Shown piece after piece: positions 53,804-64,000 of a stretch of 64,000 nt of DNA. Position 1 is the stretch's first letter; every line of letters starts with the position of its first letter. The translations under genes and the position numbers were made by a program. Location of the stretch: contig CAWBOC010000013.1 in NCBI GenBank assembly GCA_963790305.1, positions 1 through 64,000 on the forward strand, read 5' to 3'. Under the pieces are notes generated by a model, which did no database searches, was not told the origin of the DNA, and worked only from the letters and a program-made list of their open reading frames with translations. This DNA comes from an uncultured Gemmatimonadaceae bacterium (lineage in GTDB: Bacteria > Gemmatimonadota > Gemmatimonadetes > Gemmatimonadales > Gemmatimonadaceae).

Positions 53804-54547
53804 ATGAATGTCGATCTGATCGAGCTATATGGGCACATGGGCTGGTTCGCCAAGGGCATCGTGTTCGTGATGCTTGGCATGTCCATTTGGTCGCTCACCG
53901 TCATGATCCAGAAGTGGTGGGCCTTGCGGAAGGCGCAAGCCGAGACCCGCAAGTTCGCTCCTGAGTTCTCGCAGTTCCTCGAGGAGGACAACCTCACCGA
54001 GGCGATCAAGCTGGCCGAGAGCTACAAGAAGTCGCACGTCGCCCGTGTGCTCGGTGGCGCGTTAGGCGAGGTTCGGCCCCTCATCCAGGATGGCTCGGTC
54101 ACCGTGGCCGACATCAACTCGGCGGAGCGCGCGGTCGAGCGGAACATGATGATCATCCTCGCCGAGCTGAAGCGCGGGCTCGGTATTCTCGCCACGGTGG
54201 GCGCGACGGCGCCGTTCGTCGGCCTCCTCGGTACGACGATGGGTATCGTCAACTCCTTCCAGGGTATGGCGACCGCGGGGACGGCGGGTCTCGGCGCGAT
54301 CTCGGCCGGTATCGCCGAGGCGCTCATCACGACCGCGCTTGGACTCCTGGTCGCCATTCCCGCGGTGTGGGCGTACAACTACTTCACGACGAAGATCGAG
54401 AATCTCACGGTCGAGATGACGTACACCTCGAAGGAGATGATCGATTACCTGATCAAGGGCGTCGCCGGCGAGTTCGGCCGCTCCCGCTTCACGCGCGAGT
54501 TCAACACGTCGACGGCCACGGGCGGCAACCAGCCGATCACGGGCTGA
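53804..54547 (+). CDS. exbB: MotA/TolQ/ExbB proton channel protein
   Basis: LATVGATAPFVGLLGT and GIAEALITTALGLLVAIPA motifs. Confidence 0.93.
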   Translation: MNVDLIELYGHMGWFAKGIVFVMLGMSIWSLTVMIQKWWALRKAQAETRKFAPEFSQFLEEDNLTEAIKLAESYKKSHVARVLGGALGEVRPLIQDGSVTVADINSAERAVERNMMIILAELKRGLGILATVGATAPFVGLLGTTMGIVNSFQGMATAGTAGLGAISAGIAEALITTALGLLVAIPAVWAYNYFTTKIENLTVEMTYTSKEMIDYLIKGVAGEFGRSRFTREFNTSTATGGNQPITG

Positions 54548-54573
54548 CCTAACGACGAGCCAGGAGAGCCGTC

Positions 54574-55053
<480 letters not shown>

Positions 55054-55073
55054 CCCGCGTCGAGGAGCTTCCT

Positions 55074-55493
55074 ATGGGAATGGCAGTGGGGAACGAAGCG
55101 GGCGGCCTAACGAACGAGCCGAATGTCGTTCCAATGATCGACATTCTGCTGGTGCTGCTGATCATCTTCATGATCATCCAGCCGATGATGCGGAAGGCGA
55201 TCGACTTGCAGCTTCCGGATCCGACGCCTCAGGCGACCCCCTCGGTGGCGAATCCTGACCAGATCGTGCTCGAGATTGGTCCGAACATGGCGATGTTGAT
55301 CAACAAGGAGCCCGTGTCGAAGGACCGCCTCGGACCGCGGATGAAGGAGATTTACGATCCGCGTCCGTCGAAGGTGCTTTTCGTGAAGGCCGACGGCACC
55401 AACAAGTACCAGGACGTGATCTGGGCGATGGACGTCGCCCGCGGGGCGGGAGTGAAAGTGATCGGTGTGCCGCCCAAGGACGCGGGTACCTAG
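55074..55493 (+). CDS. exbD: ExbD/TolR family protein (second paralogue)
   Basis: NVVPMIDILLVLLIIFMI and VKADG motifs. Confidence 0.92.
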   Translation: MGMAVGNEAGGLTNEPNVVPMIDILLVLLIIFMIIQPMMRKAIDLQLPDPTPQATPSVANPDQIVLEIGPNMAMLINKEPVSKDRLGPRMKEIYDPRPSKVLFVKADGTNKYQDVIWAMDVARGAGVKVIGVPPKDAGT

Positions 55494-55525
55494 CTCCACC
55501 AGGCACCCAATTCCGGGTCGGCAGC

Positions 55526-55564
55526 GGCGGACGAACCTATTCGGCTCGTCCGCCGTATTATTTT
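55526..55564 (+). terminator. Putative Rho-independent terminator
   Basis: ggcggacga-loop-tcgtccgcc followed by gtattatttt. Confidence 0.6.
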
Positions 55565-55594
55565 CCGGGAGCGCAGCATCGAGTCGGAGTTGAG

Positions 55595-56440
55595 ATGACA
55601 GAGCATTACGACCACCTAAACGACAAGAGCAAAGGCAACGACGAGGCAGACCGCCCGCCGTACCGGCCGCCCGTCGGCATGCCGCTCCGAGGAGAAGGGC
55701 GGTGGGGCGCGCCCTTCTCGGTGGCTGTCCACGTGCTGCTGATTCTTCTGCTGGTCACTCCGTTTTTCGCGAGCACGCTGGTGCCTCAGCTCTTTCCTGG
55801 CGGAGGTGCCGGCCCAGCGGGTGGCGGCGGTGGGGGACGCGGAGGCGTAGGCGGATTCCGACCCGAGCCGATCACTCCCGAGCGCCTGCGCTACATGCGC
55901 ATCGCTCCCGAGCCGCCTCCCCCGGAGCCGGCGGCCGAGGAGACGACCGAGCCTCTCACCGTTCCGAAGGAAGAGACGCCGCCGCCGCAGCCCACGCCTT
56001 CCGCGGAGCAAGCGGCGGTCGAAGAAACCGCTCCTGCCGCGGCTCCGATTCCCGGCACCGGTGGCGGGACCGGAAATGACGGGACGAATGGCACCGGGCC
56101 CGGGACCGGTGGCGGCACTGGCTCGGGAGTCGGAACAGGCACCGGCTCTGCGAATGGCCCAGGTACCGGCGGCGGTGACGGCCGCGACTATCTGCCGACG
56201 CCCGATTTTCTGCCGCTGCCTCCTGAGCCACGTCCTGGCAAAGTGCGCGGGCGATCGATCGCCGTGATTTTCACCGTCAATGCACGTGGCGACATCGTCA
56301 GCCTCGACTTCGCCAGCACCGGTGATCGCGGCTACGACCGCAAATTCCGCGAGCGGCTGCGCGAAGCGAAATTCCGTCCTGCAGTTGGCCCCGACGGACA
56401 GCCGATGCCCGCGACCTTCCCAATAACGTTCCAGCTCTGA
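55595..56440 (+). CDS. TonB-like protein with Gly-rich linker
   Basis: SVAVH TM anchor, Pro and Gly/Thr-rich linker, C-terminal FTVNARG...KFRPA. Confidence 0.7.
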   Translation: MTEHYDHLNDKSKGNDEADRPPYRPPVGMPLRGEGRWGAPFSVAVHVLLILLLVTPFFASTLVPQLFPGGGAGPAGGGGGGRGGVGGFRPEPITPERLRYMRIAPEPPPPEPAAEETTEPLTVPKEETPPPQPTPSAEQAAVEETAPAAAPIPGTGGGTGNDGTNGTGPGTGGGTGSGVGTGTGSANGPGTGGGDGRDYLPTPDFLPLPPEPRPGKVRGRSIAVIFTVNARGDIVSLDFASTGDRGYDRKFRERLREAKFRPAVGPDGQPMPATFPITFQL

Positions 56441-56458
56441 CGCACGGCGAGCCGTTTT

Positions 56459-56482
56459 CTCCTCGGTCCTCGTTCCTCGTTC
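56459..56482. repeat. Short tandem heptamer (CCTCGKT)x3, possible half element
   Basis: cctcggt-cctcgtt-cctcgtt; no clear complementary arm. Confidence 0.4.
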
Positions 56483-56588
56483 GTCACTAGCCTTCCCATC
56501 CCGCCGACATTACCTTCTGTCGGCTTTGCCCGACCGCACGGCCTAACCCTCCGCGCCGCATTGTTTTGCCTACAGGATCGAGGAGCTC

Positions 56589-58101
56589 ATGACCAGCGTG
56601 GCCACCGACGACCGCGTGACCGAGTCGCAGTCAGGGTTCGTCAAGGCGATGAGCCTGACCGACGCGACGATGCTCGTCGCCGGGTCGATGATCGGCTCCG
56701 GCATTTTCATCGTCTCGGCCGACATCGCTCGCAGTGTCAACTCGCCGTTCTGGCTCATCATGGCGTGGGTGGTGACGGGCGTAATCACACTCCTCGGCGC
56801 GCTCGCCTACGGAGAGCTCGCGGCGATGTATCCCCGAGCCGGCGGGCAGTACGTGTTCCTGCGCGAGTCAATGGGTCCACTCATGGGATTTCTCTATGGG
56901 TGGACTCTTTTCATCGTCATCCAGACCGGTACCATTGCCGCTGTAGCCGTGGCGTTCGGACGGTTTCTCGGCGTGCTCTGGCCGGCGATCACACCTGATC
57001 GGTTCGGATGGTTCCCTCAAGGGGACATTCTGCGTCTCGTGGCTCGGGTGTCGTGACGCATCGACGCAAGCGATTCAGCTTGGCCTAACGCCGCAGCGGT
57101 TCATCGCGCTGCTCTCGGTGTGGGTGCTGACCTGGATCAACCTGCGCGGCGTGCGCGAGGGCAAGATCATACAGACGACCCTCACCCTCGTGAAAACCGG
57201 GGCGCTCGCGCTTCTCATCCTGCTCGGCCTCACGATTGGCCGGAACGCGTCGGCGATCGCGGCCAACTTTGGCGCCGGCCGCTTCATGGGCGACGTCGAC
57301 ATCACGGGCCTGTTCATCATCGCGTTCGGCACGGCGCTGGTCGGCTCGCTCTTCTCGAGCGATGCCTGGAACAACGTGACCTTCGCCGCCGCCGAGGTGA
57401 AGGACGCGAAGCGCAATTTGCCGAAGGCGCTCGCGATGGGAACGGGGCTCGTCACGCTGCTCTACATCATGGCGAACTTCGCGTACCTGAGCGTGCTCCC
57501 GCTGCAGGGCGATCCCAATGGTGCGGGCGTGCTCGAGCGCGGCATCCAGCACGCCACGCAGGACCGCGTAGGCACCGCCGCCGCCGAAGTGATCTTCGGA
57601 CCCGCCGGCGTCGTCATCATGGCGATCGCCATTCTGATCTCCACGTTCGGCTGCAACAACGGCTTGATCCTCGCCGGTGCGCGTGTGTATTGGGCCATGG
57701 CGCGCGACGGTGTGTTCTTCCGCCGTGCCGGGACGCTGAGCAAGCACCACGTGCCGTCTACCGCGCTCATCGTGCAGGCGATATGGACGACGCTCCTGTG
57801 CCTCACGGGCACGTATGGACAGCTGCTCAACTACGTTATCTTTGCCGCGCTCGTGTTCTACGTGCTGACGACCATCGGCTTGTTCGTTCTTCGGCGAACG
57901 AGACCGGACGCGGAGCGTCCGTATCGCGCGATCGGCTATCCGGTGCTGCCGGCGCTCTACATCGTGCTGGCCGCCTCCGTGGCGGTCATCCTGCTCATCG
58001 CCGAGCGAACGCGCACCGAGGCTGTCGGCGGCCTCGTTCTCGTGCTCATCGGTGTGCCCGTGTATTTCCTCTGGCGCAAGCTCGAGCGCGCGCCAGCGTA
58101 G
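56589..58101 (+). CDS. APC-family amino acid permease (frameshift near 57025)
   Basis: GSMIGSGIF, ELAAMYPRAGGQY, DAWNNVTFAAAEVK and RPYRAIGYP motifs. Confidence 0.9.
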
Positions 58102-58130
58102 TCTCGCCATTCCCCAGGAGATTTTCCCCG

Positions 58131-60668
<2,538 letters not shown>

Positions 60669-60672
<4 letters not shown>

Positions 60673-62194
60673 GCGTGCGCTCGCTCTTCTGGCGGAAACC
60701 GATCGCCGAGCTGGTTCCGGAGGGCGAGGGCGCAAACACGCTCAAGCGTGCGCTTGGCGCGGGCGATCTCGTCATGCTGGCGATCGGCGCCGTCATCGGC
60801 GCGGGCATCTTCTCGTCGATCGGTACCGCGGCGGCGGGCGAGGTGCTTCCGACCGGAGAGGTCGTGCGGTACGGGGCGGGGCCGGCACTCGTCGTCTCGT
60901 TCATTCTGCTCGGCGCGGTCTGCGCGCCTCGCCGGCCTCTGTTACGCCGAGCTGGCATCCATGATTCCGCAGGCGGGCAGCGCGTACGCCTATTCGTACG
61001 CGACGCTCGGCGAGCTGATCGCGTGGATCATCGGGTGGGACCTCATCCTCGAGTACGCAGTTGGCAACATTGCCGTCGCGATCGCGTGGAGCGGGTACTT
61101 CAGCTCGTTCATCAGCGCCTTCGGGATCAACTTTCCTGACTGGCTGACCCACGGGTATCGGACGGCGCTGCTGAGCTCGGATCCGGCCGTCCACGGCCTG
61201 CTCGAGACCGCACCGCGCATCTTCGGGATTCCCGTGCTGTTGAACGTGCCGGCGTTCATGATCGTGATGTTGATCACCTGGCTCCTCTATATCGGGGTCA
61301 AGGAGAGCGTCCGCGCGAACAACATCATGGTGGTCATCAAGCTCCTGGTGCTGGGGGTGTTCATCGTCGTCGGGGCGATGAACATCGACACGGCGAACTA
61401 CACGCCTTTCGCGCCGAACGGGTGGCGAGGGATTCACCAGGGCGCGGCGATCGTCTTCTTCGCCTACATCGGGTTCGACGCGATCTCGACGGCGGCCGAG
61501 GAGACGAAGAATCCGCAGCGCAACATGCCGATCGGGATTCTCGCCGGCCTGGCGATTTGCACCTTGATCTACGTCATCGTTGGCATCGTCGCGACGGGAC
61601 TCGTGCCGTATCAGGAGCTGAAAGCGGCCGATCCGTTGGCCCGTGCCCTCGAGGTGGCAGGGCTCCCGATCGCGAGCTGGTTCGTGGCGTTCGGCGCTGT
61701 CGTCTCGTTGACGGCGGTGCTGCTCGTGTTTCAGTACGGCCAGCCTCGCATTCTTCTTCGCCATGGCGCGCGACGGCCTGTTGCCGAGGTTCGCATCGAA
61801 GATCCATCCAAAATACCGGACGCCGCACATCACCACGGTGATCACCGGCCTCGTGGTTGCGATCGGGAGTCTCGTCCTCGACGAGAACGAGATCTACGAC
61901 CTGACGAACATCGGGACGCTCTTCGCCTTCGCGATCGTGTGCGTGGGCGTGCTCGTGTTGCGCATCAAGGAGCCGGAGCGGCCGCGTCCGTTCCGCGTGC
62001 CCGGTCTGTGGGTGGTGTCCATCGTCGGCGCCGCCGCGTGCGTGTTCGTCATGAAGGGCCTTCCCGTGCGCGCGTGGGAGCGGTTCGGCCTCTGGATGAC
62101 GGCTGGCATCATCCTGTATTTCGCCTACGGGTATCGTCACTCGCTGCTCCGGCGTCGCGGAGCCTCACCCTCTGCAGACCGCACCGATGGCTGA
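60669..62194 (+). CDS. APC-family (cationic amino acid transporter-like) permease (frameshifts near 60925 and 61755)
   Basis: GAVIGAGIF, YAELASMIPQAGSAY, FFAYIGFD, MARDGLLP and RPFRVP motifs. Confidence 0.9.
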
Positions 62195-63572
62195 GCCGAT
62201 CGCGCATTCCGGAACTGGAATGAAGCTGCACACCAAGATCCTGTTGGGTCTGGTGGTCGGTGCCGTCGTCGGCATCGCGGCGAATCAGACGTTAGGTGGG
62301 AATCACGACGTCGTCATGTTCGTGAACAAGTACATCGCGACGCCCGTAGGGCAGATCTTTCTGCGGCTGCTGTTCATGATCGTGATTCCGCTCGTCTTCG
62401 CGTCCATCTCGCTGGGCGTGGCCGGGCTTGGCGATTTGCGCCGTGTCGGGCGGGTCGGCGGGAAGGCGATCGGGTACTTCCTGGTGTCAACCGCCCTCGC
62501 GGCGACGCTGGGATTGATCGCGGTGTCGATCGTTCGACCGGGTGAGCAGATGGACCGCGCGACGGCCGAGCAGTTGCGGGCCGAGTTCTCCTCCGATGCA
62601 TCGTCGCGAGTGGAGGCCGCTGCGTCCTCGGACTTCGGCGTGAACACGATCATTAACATGATCCCGCGGAACCCGGTGCGCGCTGCGGTCGACCTCGACA
62701 TGCTCGCGATCATCACCTTTGGGCTCATTTTCGGCGCAGCGCTAACGCTGATCACCGCCGAGCGCGCCAAGCCAATGCTGTCCTGGCTGGAGGCGTTGCA
62801 AGACGTCGTCATCAAGATCGTCGAAATGGCGATGCGCTTCGCGCCGTATGGGGTGGCGGCCCTCATCTTCGGCGTGACCTCGCGGTTTGGCTTCCATCTG
62901 TTGAAGCCGCTTGGTGCCTACGTGCTCGTCGTGCTCGGTGCACTGCTCGTGCACGTGCTGGTAAACATCTCGCTGATTTTACGCCTGATCGTGGGCGTCA
63001 ATCCGATCCTGTTCTTCCGTCGGATACGCGCCGCTCTCGTCACCGCGTTCAGCACGAGCTCCAGCAACGCCACCCTGCCGACAGCGCTTCACGTCGCCGA
63101 GCAGAATCTCGGCATTCCTCCGTCCATCGCCGGGTTTGTGTTGCCGCTCGGCAGCACGATGTGCATGAACGGGACGGCGCTGTTCGAGGGAATCACCGTC
63201 ATCTTCCTGGCGCAGGTGTTTGGAATCAATCTGGACCTTGGCCAGATGATCGTCGTGATGATCATGGCGGTGCTCACCGCGGTTGGGGCGGCCGGAGTAC
63301 CCGGCGGCTCGATCCCGCTCCTGGTGACCATCCTCGTGATGTTCGGAATACCCGCCGAGGGGATCGCGATCATCCTGGGCGTGGATCGCATCCTGGACAT
63401 GTCGCGGACGACGGTGAACGTGTGCGGAGACCTCAGCGCGACGGCGTTCGTCGCAAAGACCGAAGGCGTGTGGAACGCGTCGATGATTCCGTCGAATGAG
63501 GAGATGGCCATCCCTCACGTGCTCGACGACAGCCCGGGGTGGCCGCGGCCGGCGGACGCGCCGAAGCGGTAG
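62187..63572 (+). CDS. Dicarboxylate/amino acid:cation symporter (DAACS, GltP-like)
   Basis: AFSTSSSNATLP, MNGTAL, GAAGVPGG and DRILDMSRTTVNVCGD motifs; start 62187 or 62220. Confidence 0.93.
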   Translation: MAEPIAHSGTGMKLHTKILLGLVVGAVVGIAANQTLGGNHDVVMFVNKYIATPVGQIFLRLLFMIVIPLVFASISLGVAGLGDLRRVGRVGGKAIGYFLVSTALAATLGLIAVSIVRPGEQMDRATAEQLRAEFSSDASSRVEAAASSDFGVNTIINMIPRNPVRAAVDLDMLAIITFGLIFGAALTLITAERAKPMLSWLEALQDVVIKIVEMAMRFAPYGVAALIFGVTSRFGFHLLKPLGAYVLVVLGALLVHVLVNISLILRLIVGVNPILFFRRIRAALVTAFSTSSSNATLPTALHVAEQNLGIPPSIAGFVLPLGSTMCMNGTALFEGITVIFLAQVFGINLDLGQMIVVMIMAVLTAVGAAGVPGGSIPLLVTILVMFGIPAEGIAIILGVDRILDMSRTTVNVCGDLSATAFVAKTEGVWNASMIPSNEEMAIPHVLDDSPGWPRPADAPKR

Positions 63573-63579
63573 CAACCTA

Positions 63580-63701
63580 GGGGTCAGGAGTCAGGAGTCG
63601 GGGATCAGGGGGTGTCAGGCAATAGGTGTGAGAGGAACGGCCCGCGCGCGACCCCGATCTCTCAACCCCTGAGCCCCCTGATCCCTGACCCACTCGACCC
63701 C
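63580..63701. repeat. Family D hairpin element, copy D2
   Basis: ggggtcaggagtcaggagtcggggatcagggggtgtcagg...cccctgagccccctgatccctgacccactcgacccc. Confidence 0.85.
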
Positions 63702-63719
63702 CAGTTCCAGGGAGGCGAC

Positions 63720-64000
63720 ATGACCGCCACCGAGTACATCCAGCTGTACGTGTTCATGCTCGCCGGCGTCGTGGGATATCAGGTGATTTCCCGCGTCCCG
63801 CCGCTGCTCCACACGCCGCTCATGTCGGCGACGAACGCGATTTCCGGCATTTCCCTCGTCGGCTCGCTGGTGGCCGCAGGGTCTGACCACGGCACCATCA
63901 GCACTGTCCTCGGTGGAATCGCCGTCATGGCCGCGACGATCAACGTCGTCGGCGGCTTCATGATCACCGATCGCATGCTCAAGATGTTCAAGCGCGAGAC
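63720..64000 (+). CDS. pntA: NAD(P) transhydrogenase alpha subunit, membrane part (3'-truncated by window)
   Basis: ggagg RBS; MTATEYIQLYVFMLAG...VPPLLHTPLMSATNAISG...INVVGGFMITDRMLKMF. Not in the ORF track because no stop lies in the window. Confidence 0.92.
   Translation, partial: MTATEYIQLYVFMLAGVVGYQVISRVPPLLHTPLMSATNAISGISLVGSLVAAGSDHGTISTVLGGIAVMAATINVVGGFMITDRMLKMFKRE

Overview
High-GC bacterial chromosomal segment. Gene content suggests Gemmatimonadota (inference: SusC/SusD pair plus a further TonB-dependent receptor, alternative complex III, TonB-ExbB-2xExbD). It is mostly core/metabolic and has no integrase, transposase, phage or CRISPR. It holds a SusC/SusD-GDPD-TBDR-GH9 region, pdxH, speA, sodA, a GH38/ABC/heparinase-like/aminotransferase/amidohydrolase cluster, a complete actABCDEF operon preceded by a perfect Rex/CRP-type palindrome, trxC, tRNA-Ala(UGC), an ANTAR two-component pair, two further two-component systems, a Ton system, amino-acid transporters, hppA and the start of pntA2. 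About a dozen conserved genes carry short indels, most likely long-read sequencing errors. Two signals are not explained by the gene list. (1) A non-palindromic octamer, CGTTAGGC (core GTTAGG), recurs on both strands, mostly inside genes and often forcing rare TTA/CTA Leu codons. (2) At least 11 hairpin elements sit at gene junctions; their arms are tandem 7- or 9-mers from four unrelated unit families, and two are translated as part of lipoprotein signal peptides.
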